Source: Cycas panzhihuaensis (Eukaryota > Plantae > Cycadophyta). From it: a stretch of 64,000 nucleotides of DNA. The translations under genes were made by a program, and so were the position numbers. Where the stretch lies: the NCBI GenBank assembly GCA_023213395.1, contig CM041465.1, positions 247,697,741 through 247,761,740 of the forward strand, written 5' to 3'. The notes under the pieces are model-generated. The model saw only the letters and a program-made list of their open reading frames with translations. It was not told the DNA's origin and did not search any database. Shown in pieces: positions 13,700 to 25,964 of this stretch. Position 1 is the stretch's first letter, and the number at the start of each line of letters is the position of its first letter.

Positions 13700-15000
13700 C
13701 CTCAAAATAGATAGCATCAATGACCTTTAGGATCCCTTTACTATAATCGTTGTGGAAAAGAAAACTACTGTGAGAATACTTGTCATGAACAGTTTTGGTG
13801 CTTCAATTGTCATATTCCTAATGACTGTACCATTAGGAATTGTGTTGCTTTGGCTTTGGCCCAACAATCCCATGATCAAAACCCTAATCAACAAATGGGA
13901 TTGTATAACAATCCCTTTCTTGATAATACTTCAGAACCAATTCATTTTACCCATTCAACCCCTTCAGGTGTTGAAGCTTAACTTACCTCTTAGATTCAAA
14001 ATCTTCAGAGTCAGTTGAACTCATTATAATGCAAACATGCATCTTCTCCTAATTCCTCTCTGGTCGATTGGATCTCAATTTTCATCACCTACCCTAAATA
14101 CTTATGAGTCGACATTGTTAGTGCCTTCTTCCACCCCTCAACAACTTATCACACCATTCATTACACAACCACTCGGTATTCAAAATTTTGAACTTCAAGA
14201 ATCTAATAGCATTGTTGGAAAGAAGCTCGCGTCTCAAATTCATTGCATTGAATCCTTGCCTATGGAGTTTACCGATGTATTTGCAGTTCAATTGTCATTA
14301 CGTACTTTTGAAGAGGAAGAAGTTGATTCTTTTGATCAATTGAAAAATATCCAATCACCTTTAATTGTCTCCAACTCCCGAACTTCTATGGCTCATAAGT
14401 GCCTTGTACTCGCACTTGGTTCGCAGGTTTCTACTTCATATTCCCTTATCGAGGATTTGAGGTGTATTTCTTCAGGTATGTCACTTTACGATGTGTTGGA
14501 GTGTTGTCTTTCTATGAGACATGATTGTCTTCATTCCCTTGGGATTTAGTTTTCTAAACCTATTTCCAAATTAATATCTTTTAATCTGACACTTCTCCCA
14601 TCTGATGTTTCCTCATTACTTGATCTTGGACCTTCTATGGTTCATGTTATCATAAATGAAACAATAATTCACATAGTTATTATTGATAACGAGTTATCAA
14701 TTAATGTAATCCCCATTTCTCTCATGCATGTTGTCTAACTTACAAAGTGGGATAAAAATTCCATGATGATTTAAGCATTCGATGTTGTCCAATGTCCATT
14801 GATGGGCTGAATTTTTTATCTCCCTATTTCATTTGAGGGAAAGATTGTGGAAGTTGAAATTGAAGTTGTTGACATCACACTTGACTACAACATTTTGCTT
14901 GGTTGTAGTTGGATACAGGCTATGCATGTTGTTCCATCCTCCCTTTTTGGAGAAGTTCAATTTCTTGATGAAAATTAAGTTAACGTCATCAAATTTGCAA
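13700..15000 (+). pseudogene. gag zinc knuckles and aspartic protease of element J
   Basis: NRCGKENYCENTC and WCFNCHIP knuckle remnants; IIDNELSINVIP and YNILLGCSWIQAMHVVPSSL match non-chromovirus (Tat/Ogre/Athila) protease motifs. Confidence 0.75.
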
Positions 15001-15734
15001 ATTTTCAAACTAATAGTTCTAATATTTCACTAATCATCCCATTTGTCGATCATGATTGTGATTAATGAGATAGATTTGTTACATGTGTTTATGGTAGGAT
15101 GCTTGCTTTGTGATTAAAAAATAATTCAATTTCGCAATATGAAGTTCTTACTATAAGTGTCAATCGTAACTTGGCACCTATTAATGCACATGATTCTAAA
15201 ACTATTAATTCTAAATTTGTTAATGTCTCATTGATTTTTGATGACATAGTCCCTTTTGAATCGCATCCACATTTGATTGAACATATCGCCTCTTTAGATC
15301 TAGATACAAAAGTTTTAATTCAAACCAATGAGTTGTGCGACTCTTCTTTATCTAACATTTGCTCATATTTGTTTTCCAATGTTTTTTCTGTGTCACTTTT
15401 CATCTCTTATATTGTAAATGAAAATGAGTCATATTTATCTTTTTTGTCTGAAGTCCCTACTTTATCTATTTCCTTAATCTTTGAAGTAACTAAATTGGAA
15501 ATTTGACCATCTTTCCACCCACCTGACTCTAATTCAGATACTTTTTATGAAGCTTCAAACATTTTTGATGGTTCACTTGTTGATCAAAAATTCGATTAAC
15601 CTTGTTCAGGAAGTGATATTACCCTATTTTCTAAGCATTTGCCATCATTTATCAAATTTATTGATCAACATCATGATGACCCAACTATTTCCAATTAGCT
15701 TTTGTTTGATTCCTTTAGTGAGGTTGATTTGATT

Positions 15735-16241
15735 TGTAGCAAGCCCGTCAATTTGGTCGACTTCCAACATGGTTGGAAAACCGACTTAAATATAAGTATA
15801 TTTTGCTAAAATTCTTCCCAGCTATTGTGGCCGACTTAGTACTTAATTTCTGGTTGACTTCATAAGGTGTTTTTTTTTGTCAATTTAGGAGTTAGTTGAA
15901 GGACTATTTAAGTAGGTTGTTAGATGCTCTTAGGATCATCATCTAAGCTATTTTCATTGTTATAAATTTTTGGCTCGTGGCCTGCACTTTTGGAGGGCAC
16001 CTCGCTTTGAAGAGGGATCCTATTTCAGCTTCATCACTTGATTATTTTTTAACATCATTGTATATATAATTTGTTCATCAATTATATGATATTTAGCTTT
16101 ATCACTATTTTGTTTTGGACTATTGTTTTTAACTTATTTGCAGCTACAGTTTGTGTTTAGTGGTTGATATTTTAGTTTGGTGTAAGTATTTTTGAGAAGA
16201 ATTGTGTACTATTTTTCAGCGCATCCATAATTATCACCACA
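15735..16241 (+). repeat. 5' LTR of element D
   Basis: TG...CA; matches 49893-50399. Confidence 0.95.
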
Positions 16242-16362
16242 AGTGGTATCAAAGCTTCGTTTTGAAGTGGGATTTGGAGAAGTTTCCGCTTGAAAAAGGG
16301 GTACAATTTATTTTCCTCTCATAACAAAATTGAGATCATGGAAGATCACTACTTCTAGCGAA

Positions 16363-16866
16363 ATGGTGCTTTACACCTTTGAATCGATTGCAGAGATATC
16401 TAGATGTGTGGATCAGGTTAACGACAATGTAGCCCTACTTCAAAACCAGTTCAGGGATTTAAAAGTAGATATCAAAAAAATATCAATTATTCTTTCTACT
16501 CGATAAAAGGACTTGGGCCCTCAGAAACACTTAAAAGAAGAGGACAAGATTGAGGAAGAAGTGAACAATGTAGATGATCGAGCAAGTCCAAGCCTCAAGG
16601 GGCCTAAATTCCTATTGGAAAAATTCGACCCAGAGAAATCCAAGGACATATGTAGTTGGATTTTACAAATGGAAGTATACCTCAAGACAGTTTCCTTGAC
16701 CAACAAGGAGAAGTTAGTGGTAGCTACCCTACATCTTTATAGAAAAGCCTTACAATATTACCATTGGTGGCAAAGATTCTACGAAGGAATAATCCACTAC
16801 ACTTGGATTTTCCTAAAAAAGGCTTTAATTGAGCAATACGAAGACATGACAAAAACTAATTATTTT
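16363..16866 (+). pseudogene. gag: Element D gag, 5' part
   Basis: LEKFDP..DICSWILQMEVY, homologous to element C gag; cut by E at NYF. Confidence 0.88.
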
Positions 16867-17293
16867 TGCGAGAATAGAGGCACATGTACAGCGTTAACAG
16901 GATCTACAAATGCAAGTAATAACAGGAAATAACACTGCACAGGTACACATTACTTTGACAGGTGGAAAACCCCTTCTGGGGAAGAAAAACCACCTCCTAA
17001 ATCTAATTTATTAATAAAGAATTAAAACCATGATACAAAACCACCAACACCCAAAACTAGCCTTTAATCAGGCATTTGGACAGACCTCCTAGATTCTTGG
17101 AACCCACTCCATGAATCTAGGAGATGAATAAATACTACGGAGGTTCGTTGGAATGCAGTTCCGCATTTCAACGACCATCCACAAATTAATAAAGTAAACA
17201 TAAGTTTGAACATTAGAATCACTTAAATTACATATTAGACATGTGACTAAATAATAACATAAAGTTTACATTATATCATCTAACATCCTAACA
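16867..17293 (-). repeat. 3' LTR of element E
   Basis: Near-identical to 23769-24205. Confidence 0.96.
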
Positions 17294-17339
17294 TCCCCCT
17301 TTAATGTAAACTTTTGTACTGGAGAGAAAAGAAGAGCTT

Positions 17340-20300
17340 CATCACGGTGATCCCCCTTTGATGGAGACTTCTTTTATCTGCAATAGATCTCTGAGGTTCA
17401 AGAATTTAACTTCAATTAGAGACTTTGTAAGTATGTCAGCAATCTATAAATCTGTTGGACAATAAGACAAAGAAACAAGATTATCAGTAACTAAATTGCG
17501 AATAAAATGTTGATGTAATTCAATATGCTTAGTCCCAGAATGAGAAACTGGATTTGTAGCTATAGCAATTGCACCTTGATTATCAACTTTAATTTCAATT
17601 GAAGAGTTTAGAAACAGACCAATTTTATTTAGTAAAGATTTTAGCCAAAGTGCTTCTTTACCAGCTTCAACTAATGCTCGATATTCGGCTTCAGTTGTAG
17701 ATAAAGTGAGTGTCTGCATTTTCTTATTGGACCAAGTAATAGGTAAGGAATCAATAAAAAATACATAACCTGAAATAGATTTACGGTCAATTATATCACC
17801 TGCCCAATCAGAATCAGTATATCCAGTTAACGTTAGAGGTTTATTACAAAAATTATAAGTTAAACCATAAAACACAGTATGCTTTAGATAACATAAGATA
17901 CGTTTAGCGGCTTTCCAGTGAGATTCGTGTGGTTGTTGCATATAACGGGAACATAAAGCAACAGCATAAGAAATGTCAGGGCGGGTGTGAGTTAGATAGA
18001 TTAGACTTCCAATGAGTTGTCGATATAGTGTAGGATCACATAAAGGAGAGGAACAATCAATAGATAGTTTGACTCCTGATTGTAAAGGATTAGATACAGG
18101 TTTTGTATTTTCCATGTTAAACCGCTGAATTAAGTCTAGAATATACTTAGGTTGAGATATTGTTATATTTGAATGATTTTGATATACTTGTAAACCAAGG
18201 AAATAATGTAATAGACCTAAATCGGTCATTTCGAATTTGTTCATTAAAGTAGATTTTAGATGATGAATATTATGAATTGATAATCCAGTAATGATAATGT
18301 CATCAACATAGAGGATTAGAATGGTAAGATTTTCATTTTCACGTTTAAAATAAAGATTTGGATCACTAATACATCTAGTGTATCCAATGTGAATTAAATA
18401 ACCATCGACTTTGGTATACCAAGCTCAAGGAGCTTGTTTTAAACCGTAAATAGATTTTTTAAGTTTGCAAACTAAATTCGGATTTTCAATAAATCTAGGT
18501 GGCTGTGACATATAGATCTCTTCTTTGAGATCACCATTCAAGAAAGCACTCTTAACATCCATTTGGTGGATTTCCCAACCAAACTTGGCTGCAAGAGCAA
18601 TAATTGTCTTGATTGTGTTCATCTTGCAGGGGCAAAGGTTTCATTATAATCAATGCCATCTATTTGAGAAAATCCTTTGGCAACAAGGCGAGCTTTATAT
18701 TTTTCAACTGCGCCTGTTGAGTTATATTTAGTCCTATAGACCCATTTACAGTCGACGACATTTTTCCCAGGTGGGAGAGGAACAAGATCCCAGGTTGAAT
18801 TTTTAATTAAGGCATCAAATTCAGTTTGCATAGCATCCTGCCATACAGGATTGTTGTTAGCTTGTTTAAATGTTTTGGGATCATTGTTGTCCATTATTTT
18901 TGCCATTAAGGAAAAATTAGCATGTAGTTTTTGCGCACGTGTGCGTCTAAAATTGGTAGGATTACCTACATCGACGAAGATCGTGGCGTTTTTGTTGCCC
19001 AAACAGTTCTTGTGAGAATCAGATGTCAAGATGCGGGTTGATTTTATGAACTAGCGAAGGGAAGGATGCTTTCGGTGGGTTCGGATAGAGTCAATTTTGA
19101 CTTGAGTTGATAAAGATTCTATAACTTCTGAATCAACTTGTTTATCAGAAGGGTCAACCAAACAAGTGTTGGTTAACAAATTTTCAACAGGAAGTTCTAC
19201 ATAAGTAGATGTTGAAGAAGATCCTTCTTCATCAAATATTACATCACGCAAAATAGAAATGTTATGTGTGACTGGATCTAAGAGTCTATAAGCTTTACTC
19301 TCTTCGCTGTAGCCAACGAAGATGTATTTTTGACTTTTGTCTAATTTTTGCGTTTTCATGAGGATATGTCCCCACGCAATACTGCCAAAGATTCGTAAAT
19401 GATTGACAGATGGTTTTCCTCCAGACCATTTTTGTTCTGGAGTAACGTTCTATAGACATTTACTAGGTAAACAATTTAATAAATAATTAGAGCAGTTAAT
19501 TGCTTCTGCCCATAATTTTAAATCTAGATTCTTTGCATGTAACATGCAACGAGTAATTTCAACAAGAGTACGGTTTTTGCGTTCAGTAACACCGTTTTGT
19601 TGAGATGTGTAAGCAACGGAATGTTGAAACCGAATTCCGTGTGATTTGCAGAAAGAAGTAAATTTTCCACTTAAATATTCCTTAGCATTATCAGATCGAA
19701 ATATTTTGATTCTTGAATTTGATTGATTTTCAACTAATGTTTTATATTCAACGAAAATGTCAAATACTTGACTACATATTTTGAGTATATAAACCCAACA
19801 TTTTCTTGAATAATCATCTATAAATGTAACGAAATAACGAGAACCGGAATATGACGTTACATGAAAAGGTCCACATATGTCAGAGTGGACAAGTTCAAGT
19901 GGAGCAGTTGCTCTGTATTGAGTTTTATTTGGAAATGGATCCATGTGTTGTTTGCATGTCACACAGGCTTCACAAACACCATAAACAGTGTTTAAGGGTG
20001 GTAAACCATGAACCATTTCATGCTTATGTAAATATTGCAGTTTGCCATAACTTGTATGGCCAAATCTTGCATGCCAAAGTTTGTTGACTGAGTCAGATTT
20101 GGCAATAAAGGCACTAAAAGAGTTTGATTTGTTATTTTGAAGACTGGTTAGATAATAGAGACCTGTGTTATGATCAACAGGTCCTGAGGCAATATGTCTA
20201 AATTTGTTTAATGGTTCCTTTATGATAAATTTATTTTTCCAGAATTCGACAACAAGGTCTTTCTGACAGATTTGATAGACTGAGAGTAGGTTTGGTAACA

Positions 20301-21564
20301 AACCAAGTACGTAAAAAACGTCCTTGATTGAACCATCTTTTAGAATAACGTCACCAGATCCTTTGACTTTAAGTTAATTACCACTTTCGAAAGAAATCTC
20401 TTCTTCAGAGTTCGTATCGGATTGATAAGTGGTTAAATTTTTCTGGTGTCCAGTCATGTGATGGGACGCACCAGAGTCAAGGATCCACTGTGGTGGTTGA
20501 TTTGAAGGAGCAACAAACGCAAAAGTTGTTGCTACTAAAGAACAATTATGAGATTGACGATTTTGGGGTCGTGATTGAGAATGAGATTGAAAATGGGATT
20601 GAGGTTTATTTTGCAACCCCTTGGAAGCTTTCCATGCTTCCAAAGCTATTCTACTTCTACAGACATCAATAGTGTGGCCTCTTTTATGACAATAGGCACA
20701 ACTAGTGTTCTGAAAAGAAGTTGCGTTGTTCTTATTAGAAAAGAATTGATTAGGAGTATTCTGGTGTTTAGTTGGACTAGAATATTTAACATTGTTTTGT
20801 GAATTAGACGGTGAACCTCTATGAGGTTTCTGAAACTTTTGATTACTATGAAAATTGTTGTTCTGTTGTTTGTTTTTAAATTGTGGCTTAGTTTTAGAAA
20901 ACAAAGCCTGTGAAGGATCTTTTAATGCACCTGTTTGAATTAACATTGTCTGATGTTCAATCAGCTGGTTTGTCAACTGATTGAATGTTATAGGTGGGTT
21001 GCCAGCTTCTTGTCTGGCAGTTTTGAAGAGATTAAAGTGTATTGGTAGTTTGTTTACTGCAAGACGTATGAGCGTGTCGTCGTCTCTAACATGCGTAGTT
21101 ATTATTTCAACATCACCTTCTTTGGTTTTAGATTTGATGCAATTATTTAGATCTTTATTAATTGATTGAATTTTAGTTAAAAAATCCTCAACATTTGAAA
21201 AGTCGTCAAAAGTCAGGTTATACAATTGCTATTCTAGGATAGCCACTTGATGTGTATCAACCTTGTCATATTTTTCTTGCAAGGTTTTCCAAACAGTGGC
21301 TAAGTCATCTTTTTCAAAAAACTGCCCACTGATTTCTGGTGAGAGTGAGTTTAATATGGTGCCTAAGGCGGCATCTGAGTTCATCAGATATACCATAAGA
21401 CTCTCAGTAGCATCTGCTTTTGGTTTTTGAAATTCACCTGTCACATATCGCCATATCTTTTACTGTTTGAGCTGATGAGATATGTGATTCCTCCAGTCGA
21501 TATAGTTTGAGCTGGTTAATACTAGAATTGGAACGTAGGTGACTGTCCCTGGCATTAATGCCAT
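17340..21564 (-). pseudogene. gag-pol: Copia gag-pol of element E (gag-PR-INT-RT-RH)
   Basis: ATG at 21564; CAYCHKRGHTIDVC; WILDSGASHHM; WHARFGH; HSDICGP; QMDVKSAFLNG; YTDSDWAGD; a few stops and frameshifts. Confidence 0.95.
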
Positions 21565-23768
21565 ATTGGAAAAAGTGTTGAGGTTTGATTGTAGATTGAA
21601 GGTGATTGGAAAAATAATCACTTAGTAAAAGGTACTAATCATGTTAACAGATATAATTCAAGAAGGCATTCTAGTATGCATTAATTGTATTTAAGAAAAA
21701 AATCATGTGTTTGTAAACAGATTGAATAAACAAACAACTTCTTAAAATGTTGCCTTAAGGCCCTTTTGATAAGCGATTCTTTTTGAGAAATAGTCCCCCT
21801 TTGATAAATAGTCCCCCTTTGATAAATAAATTAGTTTCCCTTATTCTAAACAAATGAAAAGTCCCTATTTAATAAACAATCCCCTTTTTGATAGAAAAGA
21901 ACATCCCTTTCAAAATAAAAAATCTCCTTTAATTGAAAAATAAGCAGTTCTCTTTAAAAATAAGTATTCACTTAAAAAGGTTTAAGTTCCAAGAATATTA
22001 ATAAAGTATGAAATTAAAGCAATTAATTATCTTTTGAAATTGATTTTGTTAAGTGCTTTAAGATGATAATAATGTTGAAGATGTGAAACTAGTATATAAA
22101 GATGTATTTTGCCAAAAAAAGTCTATATATACACTATCTAAAAAACTTTATAGTAAGGAGGAGTTAAAAGGGGAGGAGATTTTGTTTATATATTAATTAT
22201 AATAGATAAATTAATCTTTAACAATAAAGTGTGAAGGGGGGTACTAATGTAATAAATGTATTACATTATAGTGGGGGGGGGTATTTGATTATATCAAAAT
22301 ATAATAAGGGAAAAGGGGGTGTTGATTAAATTAAAATCAAAACATGATAGAAAAAGGGGGCTATATTTGATTTAATTTAAGTCAAAATATAATAAAATGG
22401 GGGGGGGGGTGTTGATTTAATTTAAATCAACATATGATAAAACAGGGGGGGGCTTAAGTTTCATTTAAATCAAAATGTGACAAGGGTTTAGGTTTTATTA
22501 AAGTATAATAAACAAGGGAGGGATTAAGTTTTTATTTAAATTAAAGTATAAAAGGGGGGTCGTTAATTAAAATTTAATCTTAAAGGTTATAACATAGTTA
22601 TATATATATATATATATATAACGTGAAAAAAAGGAAATTAAAAGGCATGGACGCGGACCGGACGAGTTATTCGATTTATAAAAATAAAATGGATTTTTAA
22701 AAAATATTGGGGTCCGAGGGGGGGTTAGGGCGTAAGAAACCCTACCTGGTTCGACACTTCACGTCGAGGCAGCAACGTCACTCTGTTGCAGGTTGATCGA
22801 GGAGGCGTCTTCGACCGATTTGTGGAGGTGACAACGGTGGTGGCGTCTCTCCGCGCAGCGTGTTACCAGATCCAGGTGCCCGTTCTCTGTGATTGGTTCG
22901 CTAACCATAACCTTGTATGGCTCTCTGTGTGTTCTCTTCGAGGCAGCGGCGCTCTGTTTTATCACGGCTTTCTCTAGTGCACGAATCTCCTGAGTAAAGG
23001 CGTTCATCTGACCATTATTTCGGAGGCCTTCCACAAGGCGTCGGAAAAGGCGATGGAGGTTTTCTTCAACTTCGTAAGAGCGGCGGCTACATCTGACGAG
23101 GAACCAACGTCCGGCGATGATCAGATGCTCCCTTCGTAGATTCTTGGTAGTCAGAGGCGACAGAAGGCGGTTTTGCAAAACCAACGCCTATGGGAATCGG
23201 CTGGCTCTGCTTCCGCGGGGAGGAATTATTAGTATTATGGAGCGCTGCCACAATCCGTAGGCTCACACCTTCTGAATCTCTCTTCTCCCAGCCTCTCGGC
23301 CGGCATTATAGTGCCTCCAGGTCTTTGGTGGGAGATCTAATATTTCTTGTGGGTGGTATAGCTAGTAGCCCCAGTGTGAAGGGATTCACCGTCAGGGATG
23401 GATATCCAGGAAGATCTGGACTCACACCAAATTCCAAAAACCCTCAAGGCCCAACTGCAAGGATTGAATTGAAGAAGACACCTTGTTCTTCAAGAGGCAA
23501 CAAACCAACATGCAGACTAGGAAGAGTGGTGCCCATTTCCACAAAACTTGAGGGGAAGGATGAATGTAAGTGATCAGAAGATGAAGATCAACTTCTTGGA
23601 AGTTCTGACAAGCAAAGTGAAGAGCTTGCTGCATCAGACAAGGCTATTGGTGTAACTGACTAAGGAAACCTGTTGAGTAGCTTCTATGATGCTATTTTCC
23701 CTGAGAATCACTTTGAAAACACCATTCTTGTGGGACCATCTCTGTAAAACATGTGTGCTCTGATACCA

Positions 23769-24205
23769 TGTGAGAATAGAGGCACATGTACAACGTTAAC
23801 AGGATCTACAAATGCAAGTAATAACAGGAAATAACACTGCACAAGTACACATTATTTTGATAGGTGGAAAACCCCTTCTGGGGAAGAAAAACCACCTCCT
23901 AAATCTAATTTATTAATAAAGAATTAAAACCATGATACAAAACCACCAACACCCAAAACCAGCCTTTAATCAGGCATTTGGACAGACCTCCTAGATTCTT
24001 GGAACCCACTCCATGAATCTAGGAGATGAATAAATACTATGGAGGTTCGTTGGAATGCAGTTCTGCATTTCAACGACCATCCACAAATTAATAAAATAAA
24101 CATAAGTTTGAACATTAGAATCACTTAAATTACATATTAGACATGTGACTAAATAATAACATAAAGAAACATAAAGTTTACATTATATCATCTAACATCC
24201 TAACA
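23769..24205 (-). repeat. 5' LTR of element E
   Basis: Abuts the PBS; followed by the TSD. Confidence 0.96.
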
Positions 24206-24210
24206 ATTTT

Positions 24211-25617
24211 GCCTAGGTCACTAGGCTACAATAGATTGGAACAATGCAAGCTTATACTAAACAATTTCAAGTTTTGCACAACTTGGTTGAAGCTAATATC
24301 AACAAATGGCAATTAGCAGAGGTCTACGTCGTAGGGCTTAAAGGGAATATTAGGTACTGCTTGAAGACTTTAGATGTAAGCTTTCTTAGCAATACCATTT
24401 TCCATGCAACGAATATTGAGGCAGAATATAGAGAGAACATGCAAAGCTTTATTTGCCAAGCCCATTTTTTGAGACAATGCGACCTGTAGTTCGTACCGAA
24501 TTGGACATAATTTGAAACTAAAGCAAGGGCTTCCTATGACTAAAAAAAAGAAAGATCAATTATCAAGGGTTGAACACATTAGAAATGGAACTTGTTTCTG
24601 TTGCAGTGGAAAATACAACAAGGATCATAAATGTCCACCCAAGAAGATGTTTATGATAAGCAATGAAGAAGAAAATATTCCTGAAGAAGTTGTTGAAGAA
24701 ATTGTGGAAGAAGAAGCTATGGGCAATGAAGATGAAGCTGAGTTGGGCAACTCCTAAAAACCAATCTGGATAACGTTCAAATATCTCTCCAGGCAATTAT
24801 AGGGGAAGTACACATACCCCATACCTTACGATTCTCAAGGATGATAAAAAATGCGGAAGTTTCAATCTTGGTAGATAGTGGGGGTACTCATAACTTCATA
24901 AATCGGCCTACAACAAACAAGTTAGGGCTTTCAGTTAAGCCACTTAATGTATTCCAGGTGGCTATCGCAAATGGAAAAGCCATGCCTCGTGGCGAATACT
25001 ATCAGCAAGTAAATCTACGAATTGTTGATTACTCAACTTCGATCGATATGTTTGTCATGCCAATTGGAGGAATTGACATGGTTTTAGGAGTCTAATGGCT
25101 ACAAACCTTAGGTAACATTGTTACCAACTACTAAGCGTGTTTCATGTGCTTTCACCATAAGGGGCATAAATACAAGCTACAAGCTCTAAAGGTACTTCCC
25201 ATGCAAATGATGTCATCACAGCGAATTGAAAAACTACTGCAAAAGAATCCCACTTCTTTCATGCTTTATTGTTACAAGATAATTGTCAAGGAAGCTTCGT
25301 TTGAGGTTCAAACACTCATTGATCAGTATAGTAGGGTGTCTGAAGAGCTCCCTTCCAAGCTACCTCCAAGTCGTGGGTGTGAACATGCCATTGAATTAGC
25401 TCCACAATCAACACCAGTTAACATTAGGCCATATCGACACTTGTTTCACTTTAAACAGGAGATTGAACACATTAAGCATGAACTCTTACGGCAGGGTATC
25501 ATCACTCACAACACTAGTCCGTTCGCCTCTCCGGTCATACTCTCTAGGAAGAAGCATGGATCATATCGAATGTGCGGTGATTATCGAGCTCTTAATAAGA
25601 TAACCATTAAGAATAGA
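24211..25617 (+). pseudogene. gag-pol: Element D gag 3' part, protease and RT start
   Basis: CFCCSGKYNKDHKC; LVDSGGTHNFI; YRMCGDYRALNKITIKNR, interrupted by F. Confidence 0.92.
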
Positions 25618-25923
25618 TGGTAGGATACTACTCCTTTAATAACAACAACACACTAGCACAGCGCCCAAATAACACCAAAAGAGAGCACTCATATTGTAAT
25701 ACCCTTCGAGGGGGCAACTTCCTAATTATATACAATAGCAATGATATTCAAGATAGCCACTCTAAGGATTACATGAATACATATAGGGCTCTATGGCCAC
25801 TACACAACCTCCTACTTATACATGTGAGATATTAAGAAGAGAGAAGAAATAGAAGATAAGAGAGAGAAGTAGAAGATATAAGAGAATATAAGAGAAGGTA
25901 AATTAGGGGTTGGATCCCTAACA
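25618..25923 (-). repeat. 3' LTR of element F
   Basis: Matches the repeat units in 39575-40175. Confidence 0.92.
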
Positions 25924-25964
25924 AGTTACCACCCCCCCCCCCCTTAAAAAAGCTTTGCCTCAAA

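Larger units (their letters stand above)
16867..24205 (-). mobile_element. Ty1/copia element E, full length; youngest LTR pair in the window
   Basis: LTRs 16867-17293 and 23769-24205 (9 substitutions, all transitions, plus a 10-bp indel by my count); TSD ATTTT; PBS TGGTATCAGAGC at 23757-23768; PPT at 17294-17302. Confidence 0.96.

Noticed and set aside
22230-22585. Possible CRISPR-like repeat/spacer array
   Set aside because: Units are degenerate, there are no unique spacers or cas genes, and the context is a plant retrotransposon
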